64,000 bases of DNA from an uncultured cyanobacterium (GCA_963744145.1 CAVUSO010000001.1:3872001-3936000); one strand, 5' to 3'; shown: positions 19,111 through 29,346, counted from the stretch's first letter. The notes: generated by a model from the sequence alone, not told the origin. Numbers and translations: made by a program.

Positions 19111-20403
19111 TTAGATTTTTTGATAAAGATTCAGACGATAACCAATATCATGGCGATAATATGCACCGTCAAAGTGAATAAATTGAACAGCATTATAGGT
19201 ATTGACGATCGCTTCATCAAAACTATCTCCAAACCCGGTTACTCCCAAAACCCGTCCCCCATCAGTGAGGACAGATTCACCTGCTAGTTTAGTACCAGCG
19301 TGAAAGACGATCGCTCCTTGTGTCTGAGCTTGTTCAATTCCAGTAATCACATCACCTTTTTGATAAGAACCAGGATAACCATCCGCAGCGATCACCACAC
19401 ATACCGATGCACCTGATTTCCATTGCAGGGGAGGTAATTCTCCTAATCTTTGTTCGATACAAGCTAACATCAACTCTTCTAAAGGTGTTTCTAATAAAGG
19501 GAGAATTGCTTGAGTTTCTGGATCACCAAAACGACAGTTAAACTCTAAAACTTTAATTTCTCCTGTGGATAAAATCATCAATCCAGCATAGATTACACCC
19601 CGATAATCAATCCCGATATTTTGCAAACCCTGAAGTGTAGGTTGCAAGATTTCTTGATTAATCTTTTCACTTAATTCCGGAGTAATGATTGGTGCTGGAG
19701 CATAAGCTCCCATCCCTCCGGTATTTGGTCCTGTATCTCCTGCTCCGATCGCTTTATGATCTTGAGCTGGTAATAAAGGAATAATGGTCTTCCCATCAGT
19801 TAAAGCTAAGAGAGAAACTTCTTGACCAGTTAAAAATTCTTCAATGACAATACATTCACCCGAAGGACCAAATAAACCATTAAAAGAAGCTTCGATCGCT
19901 GCTTGAGCTTCCCCATAATCAGCTGCAATTGTAACTCCTTTACCAGCAGCTAATCCATCAGCTTTAATCACAACAGGTGTAGGTTGTGTTGCTAAATAAT
20001 CCAAAGCGGAGGTTAATTCTTCCTCCATAAACACCGCACTTTTCGCGGTGGGAATTCCCATTTCTTTCATTAAAGATTTAGCCCAAGATTTACTAGCTTC
20101 AATCTGAGCGCCCGCTTGATTAGGTCCAAACACCTTCAGGTTTAAGTGCTGAAGATAATCAGTCATACCCATTGCTAGGGGTACTTCTGGACCAATTACC
20201 ACGAAAGCAATCTGATTTTGCTGGGCAAATTCGCCAATTGCTTGGAAATCATACACCGTGAAGGGCAGATTTTCACAACGTTCTAAAGTTGCAGTACCTC
20301 CATTTCCTGGAGTGACATATACCTTTTCAATTGACTGAGATTGGAGCAGTTTCCATGCTAGGGTATGTTCGCGTCCCCCATTACCAACAACCAAAACTTT
20401 CAC
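19111..20403 (-). CDS. purD: phosphoribosylamine--glycine ligase
   Basis: GNGGREH, KADGLAAGKGV, GPNTGGMGAY, EFNCRFGDPE; GTG start. Confidence 0.97.
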   Translation of the reverse strand: MKVLVVGNGGREHTLAWKLLQSQSIEKVYVTPGNGGTATLERCENLPFTVYDFQAIGEFAQQNQIAFVVIGPEVPLAMGMTDYLQHLNLKVFGPNQAGAQIEASKSWAKSLMKEMGIPTAKSAVFMEEELTSALDYLATQPTPVVIKADGLAAGKGVTIAADYGEAQAAIEASFNGLFGPSGECIVIEEFLTGQEVSLLALTDGKTIIPLLPAQDHKAIGAGDTGPNTGGMGAYAPAPIITPELSEKINQEILQPTLQGLQNIGIDYRGVIYAGLMILSTGEIKVLEFNCRFGDPETQAILPLLETPLEELMLACIEQRLGELPPLQWKSGASVCVVIAADGYPGSYQKGDVITGIEQAQTQGAIVFHAGTKLAGESVLTDGGRVLGVTGFGDSFDEAIVNTYNAVQFIHFDGAYYRHDIGYRLNLYQKI

Positions 20404-20458
20404 AAAATCCTCTCTGATACTCTTAATTCAGATCATCTTAGACAATCCCAATATAGCA

Positions 20459-21235
20459 CTAGCAATTCCACAAGCCTTCTTGTTCTAAATCTTCAATCAT
20501 CTGGAGAGCCCGGGGATCACCTAATCGCAATAGAGAGGATTTAGCATCTTCACGCACACCTAGATCTTCATCTTCCACTAAAGCTTCAATCAGTGCATCA
20601 ACTGCGGTAGCATAGACTACATTCGATGGCAATTCGCGACATAATTGTCCTAAAGACCAAGCGCAGTTACTACGCACAGCTGCTAGTGCATCTCGACGTA
20701 ATCCTTCAATTAAAGCCGGAACAGTGGCAATAATCGCTTCGTAACCAACTACGGATATCTGTCCCAGAGCGCTCGCAGCCCATAAACGTACAGCCCCAAT
20801 GTCTGTTTTTAGTGTATCAATTAAAGGAGTCAGAACTCGGCGATCGCGACAGTTTCCTAAAGCCCAAACTACTCCTTTACGGACATAACCATTCCAGTCC
20901 GAATTTAATTGGGTAATTAATCGATCTATAGCTGTCGGACTAGGATTGCGTCCCAACCCATAAGCAGCACTGACGCGGAGTAAGGGACAAGGGTCGGTCA
21001 ATAAATTGATTAAATGGGGAATGGCTCGTTCGTCTTGCAGGTCACAGAAAGCTCGCGCTGCTAACATCCGTTGTTGAACTATTGGTGATGTCAACAATGC
21101 TAACATTTCTTCTGGATCGGGTGGAACCACCTCTAAATCAGGATCAACCGACTCAAATTCGTCCAGGGAATTGATCTCTTCTGGATCAACAGCAAATAGA
21201 TCGTCTTCTTCATCCATAAGTCGTAATTTTAACAC
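20459..21235 (-). CDS. PBS-lyase HEAT-repeat protein
   Basis: Repeated VR-x-AA-x-ALG HEAT motifs; start may be the internal ATG (MDEEDD). Confidence 0.88.
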   Translation of the reverse strand: MLKLRLMDEEDDLFAVDPEEINSLDEFESVDPDLEVVPPDPEEMLALLTSPIVQQRMLAARAFCDLQDERAIPHLINLLTDPCPLLRVSAAYGLGRNPSPTAIDRLITQLNSDWNGYVRKGVVWALGNCRDRRVLTPLIDTLKTDIGAVRLWAASALGQISVVGYEAIIATVPALIEGLRRDALAAVRSNCAWSLGQLCRELPSNVVYATAVDALIEALVEDEDLGVREDAKSSLLRLGDPRALQMIEDLEQEGLWNC

Positions 21236-21241
21236 TATTAT

Positions 21242-21748
21242 TTACAAAGATTTGCTCATTAACAGGGAGACAGAGCAAAAACCCATTTTCTGATAAAGAG
21301 CCAATGCGGGTGGATTGTTTAGAAAAACTTGTAATCCGAGTTGGCGATCGCCCCGAGCTTTAGCCCAATTTTGAGCATAAGTTAATAAAGCGGAAGCTAT
21401 TCCTCTTCTGCGATGTGCTGGAGCAACATAGAGCAAAAAAATATGTGCATGGCGATCGCCAGAGATCTGATCAATCGCATTTCCCAACCACAAACAAGCT
21501 ACTGGATGACCAGCAGGACTAGCAGCAAAGGGGAATTCAGGATTTGGCTCTGCTTTTAAGTCTACTAAATCAACCCACCACAAAGGAGTTTGATTAGAAA
21601 AATACTGCTCAACTGTATTGGTCAGATGGGAAAAATCTTGTTCTGGAGCCAAACATCGATAAGTTTGATGCAAGAATTTCACCAGCAAAGCTCGATCTAT
21701 CCCTGATCCAGCACGTAATTTATAACCCGGTATCAGCAATTGAGACAC
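21242..21748 (-). CDS. GNAT acetyltransferase
   Basis: LYVAPAHRRRGIASALL and NPPALALYQKMGF motifs. Confidence 0.9.
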   Translation of the reverse strand: MSQLLIPGYKLRAGSGIDRALLVKFLHQTYRCLAPEQDFSHLTNTVEQYFSNQTPLWWVDLVDLKAEPNPEFPFAASPAGHPVACLWLGNAIDQISGDRHAHIFLLYVAPAHRRRGIASALLTYAQNWAKARGDRQLGLQVFLNNPPALALYQKMGFCSVSLLMSKSL

Positions 21749-21775
21749 AAAAGCAACCTATTTTTCCGTCCAAAA

Positions 21776-21970
21776 TCAGGATAACTGATCAGCTATTCTA
21801 GTTTCAGTCCAGGGGACTTGTGCTTGCTTACCTGGAGGACTAACCTCTTCGATCGGTGCTGGTTGAGCCATATCTGTCGGTAGAAAAATCCGGGCACTGA
21901 CGACGACCAGAGCGAATAAAAATACTAAAACTACCAACAATGGTGCAATGTATTCTCGAAAAATGGCCAT
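21776..21970 (-). CDS. small conserved cyanobacterial membrane protein
   Basis: One TM helix plus FLPTDMAQPAP; co-oriented with the GNAT gene. Confidence 0.7.
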   Translation of the reverse strand: MAIFREYIAPLLVVLVFLFALVVVSARIFLPTDMAQPAPIEEVSPPGKQAQVPWTETRIADQLS

Positions 21971-22041
21971 AATTAGAGATTATTTTCCGACAAAATTTTT
22001 ATTGATTCCTTTTTTATCATATATCCCACCTCTTTTTTTGG

Positions 22042-22734
22042 TTAAATTGCCAACTCTGATAATCGCTGGACAAATTCTTGATGTTTTCTTGTCTTCAATC
22101 CCTGTTGCAATCCAGCTATCACTTCAGCTAATTTCCCCTCTAATAAAGCTGATACCGCTAACCATAAACCAGGGAAAATTTCACTACAAATCACTCCATC
22201 TGCATTCGGTTCTACCAGTATATATTCGCCTTGGTTTAATCTAAACCAGTCAAATTTTTGGTTATAAACTCGCCATACCAAATATTCTTGTACCCGGTGG
22301 CGACGGTAAACTTTTAACTTATCATGTAAATCATAAGAGGCACTACTAGCTGCTATTTCAACAATTAATTCTGGCGCACCTTCTACATAGTCATCATCGC
22401 TAATTCTAGACTGTCCACCTACATCTATTCGCAGCATTGCATCTGGTTGTGGTTCGTTATCTTCATCCAGACGAACGGTGGTATTATCTAGTAAATCAAC
22501 TCCAGGGGTTTCGATCCAGTAAGCTCCTAACCAAGCCATAATCGCAGCATGAGGTTGACCATGACGTTTAGCTCTTACTGCTGATGCCATATATACCACT
22601 CCTTCAATTAATTCTGCTTTTTTAAGCTGGGACATAGCTTCATAACGTCGTTCAAATTCATGGCACGTTAATCTGTCCCCACTTTCTAAGGGTAGTATTT
22701 CCAAGACTGGCTGGTTAAGTGTTTTGGTTGACAT
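22042..22734 (-). CDS. Uma2 family (DUF820) endonuclease
   Basis: LESGDRL, AELIEGVVYM, EPQPD, GAPELIVEIAASS. Confidence 0.92.
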   Translation of the reverse strand: MSTKTLNQPVLEILPLESGDRLTCHEFERRYEAMSQLKKAELIEGVVYMASAVRAKRHGQPHAAIMAWLGAYWIETPGVDLLDNTTVRLDEDNEPQPDAMLRIDVGGQSRISDDDYVEGAPELIVEIAASSASYDLHDKLKVYRRHRVQEYLVWRVYNQKFDWFRLNQGEYILVEPNADGVICSEIFPGLWLAVSALLEGKLAEVIAGLQQGLKTRKHQEFVQRLSELAI

Positions 22735-22927
22735 TTTGTTTTGATCATGAAGCTATTATAGAATAAGATCTATTTTATCATCATCTGCACTATTGGGTCG
22801 GGACTGCCCGAAATTTCGCTGATGTTGGGACTGTTTCGTTACCTAGCATCGGATTAGATGAGGGAGTTACTGTTAAAATTGTGGGCGATCGCGGGTTTGA
22901 ATCCTTAAAATTTATTCGGTTAATGCC

Positions 22928-24076
22928 ATGATGATCTCCCATATAGCTCTGAAAAATTGGCGCAATTTTCAGTCAGTAAATGTTGATTTACGCGATCGCG
23001 TCTTTTTAATTGGTTCTAATGCTTGCGGTAAGTCAAACTTTCTCGATTCATTGCGCTTTTTGCGGGATCTAGCCAAGGTAGGAGGTGGATTGCAGAAAGC
23101 TGTGAGCGATCGAGGTGGTGTATCAAAAATTCGCAGTCTTTATGCAAGGCAATATTCAGATGTAGAAATAGAAATTCAGCTTTCAGAAGCTAATGATAAA
23201 CAGCCATTATGGACATATAAGCTGGGAATTAAACAGAGAAAAGGTGGAAAAAATGAGCCGATTGTTGCATCTGAAGAAGTTTGGCAGGGCGATCGGCAAA
23301 TTGTCGATCGCCCTACTCTAGAAGATAAAAATGATGAGCTACGTCTCACCCAGACTTATTTAGAGCAAATTAATGCCAATGCAGAATTTAGAGAAATTGC
23401 TAAATTTTTAGAGTCGATTTTATATTTACATTTAATTCCTCAGTTAGTTCGCCATCCCGAAGCTTTTGCTATCCCTGGAATTTCGGAAGATCCTTTTGGG
23501 AGAACTTTTTTAGAACGAGTTGCTAAAACTCCTGAAAAAACTAGAAGAGCGCGATTAAAAAAAATTGAAGATGCTTTAAAGTTGGCTATTCCACAATTTA
23601 AAACCCTAACAGATACCAAAGATGAAATGGGAGTTCCCCATTTGGAAGCTATTTACGAACATTGGCGACCAGGAGCGGGAAAACAACGGGAAGACCAATT
23701 TTCTGACGGAACATTACGGTTAATTGGTTTACTGTGGGCACTGTTAGAAACTGATTCATTATTATTACTAGAAGAACCAGAACTTTCCTTAAATGCGACC
23801 ATAGTTAGTAATCTACCATCTCTGATTTATCGTCTTCAGCGTCCGAAAAAGCGACAGGTTATTCTGAGTACCCATAGTGCTGATTTGCTCTCAGACAAAG
23901 GTATTGGTGGTGAAGAAGTGCTGCTAATGACACCCTCTCCTGAAGGAACTGAGGTAAAACTTGCTTCAAGTAATGAACAACTCAAAAGGCTATTAGAAGG
24001 AGGTTTAAGCATAGCTGATGCTGCATTACCTCATACAGTTCCACCCGATATCGAACAACTCATTTCATTCAAATGA
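22928..24076 (+). CDS. ABC-type AAA_21 ATPase (defence/TA-associated type)
   Basis: Walker A GSNACGKS, signature FSDGT, Walker B LLLLEEPE, H-loop STHS. Confidence 0.88.
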   Translation: MMISHIALKNWRNFQSVNVDLRDRVFLIGSNACGKSNFLDSLRFLRDLAKVGGGLQKAVSDRGGVSKIRSLYARQYSDVEIEIQLSEANDKQPLWTYKLGIKQRKGGKNEPIVASEEVWQGDRQIVDRPTLEDKNDELRLTQTYLEQINANAEFREIAKFLESILYLHLIPQLVRHPEAFAIPGISEDPFGRTFLERVAKTPEKTRRARLKKIEDALKLAIPQFKTLTDTKDEMGVPHLEAIYEHWRPGAGKQREDQFSDGTLRLIGLLWALLETDSLLLLEEPELSLNATIVSNLPSLIYRLQRPKKRQVILSTHSADLLSDKGIGGEEVLLMTPSPEGTEVKLASSNEQLKRLLEGGLSIADAALPHTVPPDIEQLISFK

Positions 24077-24198
24077 CAGATATTCCCATCAATTTTGTCA
24101 ATCAAAGTTGGCAAGTTGCATCAGCACAGACCAATTCCCCCAGTTTAGAACGAGCTATGAATGCACTTATAAATTTTCAACCAACTTGGGAAACTTGA
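24073..24198 (+). pseudogene. internally deleted partner gene of the ATPase (DUF4276/TOPRIM-like, inferred)
   Basis: ATGA overlap with the ATPase stop; encodes MTDIPIN|FVNQSWQVASAQTNSPSLERAMNALINFQPTWET, which looks like a joined N- and C-terminus. Confidence 0.6.
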
Positions 24199-24370
24199 CC
24201 AAAAAAGAGAATTATGCTATCATCAACTATTAATTAACTTACGATCGATTCTCCCTAAAAATGTCCCAAACAATATTGGCATTACGATCGGATCAGATTA
24301 GAAAATTTATGTTAAAATTGTGGGCGATCGCGGGATTGAGAGTTTGAATATGATTCGATCATAGCTATAA

Positions 24371-24697
24371 TTCAATCCGGTTCAGTTACTTGTAGGGGCG
24401 TTCGCGTAGCGTGCCGGAGGCATAGCATTCGGGCGACAATTGAGCGATCAAACGAGTAATATTATATCCGAATGCTTCGCCCTTATTTGCCGATATCCCT
24501 CAAAATATCCTTAACTGAACTGTATTGTAGTTGATCTGTTGGCTGCATAGATGGTAAGGGCAAAGCATTTCGGTCATATTATCCTTCCCTTCGACTACGC
24601 CCTTCGACTCCGCTCAGGGTAAACTCAGGGTAAACGTTTAAGCCATCATTTATTCGCCGAAATGCTTTGCCCCTACGGTTAACTGAACCGGATTGAA
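24371..24697. mobile_element. composite MITE with perfect 18-bp TIRs enclosing REP hairpins and nested 22-24 nt elements
   Basis: ttcaatccggttcagtta ... taactgaaccggattgaa. Confidence 0.75.
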
Positions 24698-24821
24698 ATA
24701 TAATAAATACCTGATTAATATTTTTTCTGTTGCGATCGCACTTCAGCTATCCCACAAAATGCGATCGGTAAGTTCCTCTCGGTGACTACTTGTAATTAGG
24801 TGGGCATAGCCCACCCCATGT

Positions 24822-25742
24822 TTACACAGCCCCTAACACACTTGCTAACAAAGCTTTTTGAGCGTGCATCCGGTTTTCTGCTTGATCCCAAACTCGGGAC
24901 TGGGCACCTTCAATCACACTATCGGTAATCTCCTCACCACGGTGTGCTGGTAAACAATGTAGTACGATCACATCAGGTTCAGCTTGAGCTAGTAACTGTT
25001 CATTGAGCTGATAAGGTTGAAAGATCGGTATTCGAGTAGAGGATTCGTCTTCTTGTCCCATACTAGCCCAGACGTTAGTATAGAGAATATGAGCACCTTT
25101 AGCGCCGATCGCTGGATCATTGGTAATCGTAACTTCAGTTTGCTGATTAGCGATCGCCCGAGCTTGGGTAGTAATCTCTAGATTTGGTTCAAATTCTTTT
25201 GGTGTGGCAATTCTCACATTCATTCCCACCATAGCACAGCCTAACATGAGGGAATTAGCCATATTATTGCCATCACCAAAATAAGTTAAAGTTAAACCTT
25301 TCAACTTACCAAAGCATTCTTGAATTGTTTGTAAATCTGCTAATACTTGACAGGGATGTTCTAAATCTGTTAAAGCATTGATGACTGGAATTTTCGCATA
25401 TTGAGCAAAATTTTCTAGCTCTTGCTGCTTAAAAGTGCGAATTGCCATCACATCAAGATAGCGATCTAAAACTCTAGCTGTATCTGCTACTGGTTCACCA
25501 CGACTGACTTGAGTAACATTAGGATTAAGATCAATAACTTGTCCTCCTAATTGGTACATCGCGACCGTAAAACTGACCCGAGTTCTGGTGGAAGCTTTAG
25601 AAAATAGTAGTCCTAGAACTTTCCGACATTGGGGGTTAATTTTCCCTGCTTTCATCTCGATCGATAAATCCAGGAGATCGCTAATTTCCTGGTTACTGAG
25701 GTCTGCTAGACTTAAAAGATCTCGTCCTTTTAATGCCCCCAT
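24822..25742 (-). CDS. argF: ornithine carbamoyltransferase
   Basis: STRTR, HPCQ, HCLP, QAENR motifs; the usual DxxxSMG reads NVWASMG. Confidence 0.95.
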   Translation of the reverse strand: MGALKGRDLLSLADLSNQEISDLLDLSIEMKAGKINPQCRKVLGLLFSKASTRTRVSFTVAMYQLGGQVIDLNPNVTQVSRGEPVADTARVLDRYLDVMAIRTFKQQELENFAQYAKIPVINALTDLEHPCQVLADLQTIQECFGKLKGLTLTYFGDGNNMANSLMLGCAMVGMNVRIATPKEFEPNLEITTQARAIANQQTEVTITNDPAIGAKGAHILYTNVWASMGQEDESSTRIPIFQPYQLNEQLLAQAEPDVIVLHCLPAHRGEEITDSVIEGAQSRVWDQAENRMHAQKALLASVLGAV

Positions 25743-25855
25743 GAGTCTCCTTTCTGTTAACTAATTTACTACTTTTAATTCAGCCTACTACTGTAGAAAT
25801 ACATTTAACCAATTTTCTGTGTACAATCGCACAAAATCTCCGTCAAAATTGGTGG

Positions 25856-26917
25856 TTAAACCAGACTTAAATATGACGGACAAAAATCAGCAAGATTGTC
25901 TGCTGGGAGATTAGCTAGATTAGCGATCGCCAGATCTATTAATTGACAACCTTCTGTGACTGTTTCCATTCTGGCTAATTGATCTCGTAAATCTCCTGCA
26001 TTGGGAAAACCTTTCGCATACCAAGTCATGTGTTTCCGAGCTTGTTTAACTCCGCGATCGCCTTTATATAAATGGAGTGCTTGCAAATGTTCCTTAGCAC
26101 ATTCTAATCTTTCGATCGCCGTGGGTGGTGTTTTTTCTATTCCAGTTTTCAAAAAATAATCTACTTCTCCGACTAAAAACGGATAACCTAAAGTACCACG
26201 GGAACACATAACTCCATCAGCACCAGTTTCTGCTAAACAACGGATCGCTGCTGCAACTGAAAAAATATCGCCATTCCCAATTACTGGAATAGTCAAAATC
26301 TCCTTAACTTTTTTAATCCATTCCCATTTAGCATTACCATGATAACCTTGAGCGCGAGTCCGACCATGAACTGTGATCATTTGCGCTCCCGCATCTTCCA
26401 TTCTTTTCGCAAATTCCAGAATTGTAATTTCTTGATCTGACCAACCAATCCTGGTTTTTACTGTCACAGGAACATCCACTGCTTTGACTACAGCTCTCAC
26501 AATTGCTTCTGCTGTTTCTGGTTCTCTTAATAAAGAAGAACCACCCCCATTTTTAGTAATTTTATTAACTGGACAACCCATATTAATATCAACTGTATCT
26601 GCACCTTCCTTAACTGCCATAATAGCTGCTTCTGCTAAAAATTCTGGACGACAGTCAAACAGTTGAATACTAATCGGTCTTTCTTGAGGATCTACTTCCA
26701 TAATTTGGGGTAATTCCCGGGCATAATGCAATCCCGTTGCGTTTACCATTTCGGTATACATCATTGATTCTGGTGCATAACGACGTACCAGACGACGAAA
26801 TACTAGATCAGTTACACCGGATAAAGGTGATTGTAATACGCGACTTTTTACCTCAAAATTGCCAATTTTCAGGGGAGTTGCTAATCGTTGTTGTAATTCT
26901 GGTGAAATTGTCATCAT
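25856..26917 (-). CDS. dusB: tRNA-dihydrouridine synthase DusB
   Basis: DINMGCP, VHGRT, GNGDI. Confidence 0.93.
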   Translation of the reverse strand: MMTISPELQQRLATPLKIGNFEVKSRVLQSPLSGVTDLVFRRLVRRYAPESMMYTEMVNATGLHYARELPQIMEVDPQERPISIQLFDCRPEFLAEAAIMAVKEGADTVDINMGCPVNKITKNGGGSSLLREPETAEAIVRAVVKAVDVPVTVKTRIGWSDQEITILEFAKRMEDAGAQMITVHGRTRAQGYHGNAKWEWIKKVKEILTIPVIGNGDIFSVAAAIRCLAETGADGVMCSRGTLGYPFLVGEVDYFLKTGIEKTPPTAIERLECAKEHLQALHLYKGDRGVKQARKHMTWYAKGFPNAGDLRDQLARMETVTEGCQLIDLAIANLANLPADNLADFCPSYLSLV

Positions 26918-26965
26918 GAGATTGCGGTCATATCCTTATTAATTGCTAGCTATCTAAAATAACTA

Positions 26966-27028
26966 GGACAGACAAGATGTCTGTCCCACCAGAGTAATTT
27001 CTTGGTGGGACAGGCATCTTGCCTGTCC
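26966..27028. repeat. REP doublet (GGACAGGCAAGATGCCTGTCCCAC family)
   Basis: Two inverted REP hairpins; same family at 29347-29430, 56061-56085 and 59940-60003. Confidence 0.8.
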
Positions 27029-27099
27029 ATAGGTCCACAGGTTAATTCTTTCCATAGGATTGATCAACAATCTAGGTTAGAATAAAAATTTTAGCAAAT

Positions 27100-28053
27100 A
27101 TGAATGAATTAGAACCAACAATTATTCCAGTTGCCCCACCCGACTTTAGATCGGGATTTGTGGGAATTATTGGTCGTCCCAATGTCGGTAAATCAACTTT
27201 AATGAATCAATTGGTGGGACAAAAAATTGCCATTACCTCACCTGTCGCACAAACTACCCGAAATCGACTACGAGGAATTTTGACCACACCAACAGCACAG
27301 GTGATTTTTGTTGATACTCCTGGAATCCATAAACCTCACCATCAATTAGGGAAATTGTTGGTGCATAATGCTCAAAGAGCAATTGAATCGGTAGATGTCG
27401 TCTTATTTGTGGTTGATGGTACAGTCGAATCAGGTGGGGGCGATCGCTATATTGTCGATCTCCTTAGTCACACCGAAACTCCAGTAATTTTAGGTGTCAA
27501 TAAGATTGATCTTCGCGCTCAACTAGAAGAAGATCCTCATTATGCTGCTCAAGTTATTGATATTAGTTATCACCAGTTAGCTTTACCTTATAATTGGCAA
27601 ATTATCAAATTTTCAGCAGTGACAGGAGCAGGATTAGACCAACTTCAACAAACCTTGTGCGATCGCTTAGAAGTAGGTCCTTATTATTATCCTCCTGATT
27701 TAGTTACTGATCAACCAGAACGTTTTATTATGGGAGAACTAATTCGCGAGCAGATTTTACATTTAACTCGTGAAGAAATTCCTCATTCCGTAGCAGTAGT
27801 GATTGATCGTGTTGATGAAGATATCAAAATCACTAGAATTTTAGCGACTATTAATGTGGAAAGGGACTCCCAAAAAGGAATTTTGATTGGTAAGGGAGGT
27901 AATATGTTAAAAGCGATCGGGACAGCAGCGCGGGAACAAATTCAAAAGTTAATTGACGGTAAAGTCTATTTAGAACTATTTGTCAAAGTTCAACCTCAAT
28001 GGAGACAATCCCGGATGCGGTTAGCAGATTTAGGATATACTATTGATGATTAA
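27100..28053 (+). CDS. era: GTPase Era
   Basis: GRPNVGKS, DTPG, NKID, KH domain GILIGKGG. Confidence 0.97.
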   Translation: MNELEPTIIPVAPPDFRSGFVGIIGRPNVGKSTLMNQLVGQKIAITSPVAQTTRNRLRGILTTPTAQVIFVDTPGIHKPHHQLGKLLVHNAQRAIESVDVVLFVVDGTVESGGGDRYIVDLLSHTETPVILGVNKIDLRAQLEEDPHYAAQVIDISYHQLALPYNWQIIKFSAVTGAGLDQLQQTLCDRLEVGPYYYPPDLVTDQPERFIMGELIREQILHLTREEIPHSVAVVIDRVDEDIKITRILATINVERDSQKGILIGKGGNMLKAIGTAAREQIQKLIDGKVYLELFVKVQPQWRQSRMRLADLGYTIDD

Positions 28054-28065
28054 TATCGAGGGGAA

Positions 28066-29157
28066 TTACATTTGCTTTAAAACTTCCCAAATTGCATGGG
28101 GTGGTACTTGATCAGTAACCGTTGCAGCACCAATCTGGGTTGGTAAAACAAACCGAATTTTACCACTTTTCACTTTTTTATCTGTTTCTAAGGTATCAAT
28201 AATTTTTTCAATATTTAACCCAGGAGGTAACTTAGTAGGTAATCCAGCTTTTTGGAGTAAATTGAGTTGACGATTTGGTAATTCTTGCGGACAAAAATTC
28301 AACTTCACCGCTAAATTTGCAGCTCCAACCATTCCGATCGCGACTGCTTCACCGTGATTTACTAATTTATAACCACTGACACTTTCGACAGCATGACCAA
28401 TAGTATGACCATAATTCAGTAAAGCTCTTAATCCAGCTTCTTTTTCATCTTTACCTACTACAACTGCTTTAACTTGACAAGACTTGGTAATAATTGTATG
28501 CAAAAAGTCGAGACTGAGATAACGCAATTGATCAAGCTGGGGAACTGCTTCCATTTGAGCAAATAATTCCTGATCCCAAATTATCCCATATTTAATCACT
28601 TCCGCGATCGCTGCCCGAAACTCTCGCATCGGTAGAGTTTGCAATACTTGGGGATCAATTAATACCAACTTAGGTTGATGAAAAGCACCGATTAAATTTT
28701 TACCTTGAGGATGATTAACACCAGTTTTCCCACCAATTGCCGCATCTACCATCGCTAAGAGGGAGGTAGGAACTTGGACGACATTAATCCCGCGTAACCA
28801 AGTTGCCGCAGCAAAACCAGTCATATCACCAATTACACCCCCCCCTAATGCTACCATAGTGGAGGATCGCTCCAAGCGTTTTTCCAGAGCTAGATCGTAA
28901 ATTTTTTGGACAGCTCTCAGAGTTTTATATTGTTCTCCTGCGGCTAAATTGAGATTACTAACTTCAAAACCAGCTGCTTTGAGAGACGCGATCGCAGTTT
29001 CTCCATAATGACGAAAAATGGTCGGATTAGAAACAACTAAGACTTTTTTCCCTAAATTTAACGGTTGCATCAACTCACCCAACTGGTTTAGACTACCAGC
29101 GGCGATCATAATATCATAAGATTGTAGGGGCAGTTCAACTCGAATTACTGATTTCAT
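28066..29157 (-). CDS. aroB: 3-dehydroquinate synthase
   Basis: [31 protein letters not shown]. Confidence 0.97.
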   Translation of the reverse strand: MKSVIRVELPLQSYDIMIAAGSLNQLGELMQPLNLGKKVLVVSNPTIFRHYGETAIASLKAAGFEVSNLNLAAGEQYKTLRAVQKIYDLALEKRLERSSTMVALGGGVIGDMTGFAAATWLRGINVVQVPTSLLAMVDAAIGGKTGVNHPQGKNLIGAFHQPKLVLIDPQVLQTLPMREFRAAIAEVIKYGIIWDQELFAQMEAVPQLDQLRYLSLDFLHTIITKSCQVKAVVVGKDEKEAGLRALLNYGHTIGHAVESVSGYKLVNHGEAVAIGMVGAANLAVKLNFCPQELPNRQLNLLQKAGLPTKLPPGLNIEKIIDTLETDKKVKSGKIRFVLPTQIGAATVTDQVPPHAIWEVLKQM

Positions 29158-29239
29158 CTTGAAGACCTATTGGACTGTATTTTAACCACTCGAATGGTTT
29201 AATAATTATTGAAGTGCTTTCTAGTAGGAGATTTTGGGA

Positions 29240-29335
29240 ATGGCTGGACTCATCGCTTATTTTGTCATTTTGGGTAGCTTTATCATCTTAGCCGCAGCGC
29301 TGATGTTTAGTTTCCGAGCGATCAAATTGATTTAA
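29240..29335 (+). CDS. petL: cytochrome b6f subunit PetL
   Basis: Below the ORF-track cutoff: MAGLIAYFVILGSFIILAAALMFSFRAIKLI, AGGAG SD, divergent from aroB, C-terminal R-x-IKLI typical of PetL. Confidence 0.9.
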   Translation: MAGLIAYFVILGSFIILAAALMFSFRAIKLI

Positions 29336-29346
29336 ATCAATTGAGC

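Noticed and set aside
22885..22905. tRNA T-loop-like GCGGGTTTGAATCC
   Set aside because: No cloverleaf, acceptor stem or canonical TTCGA
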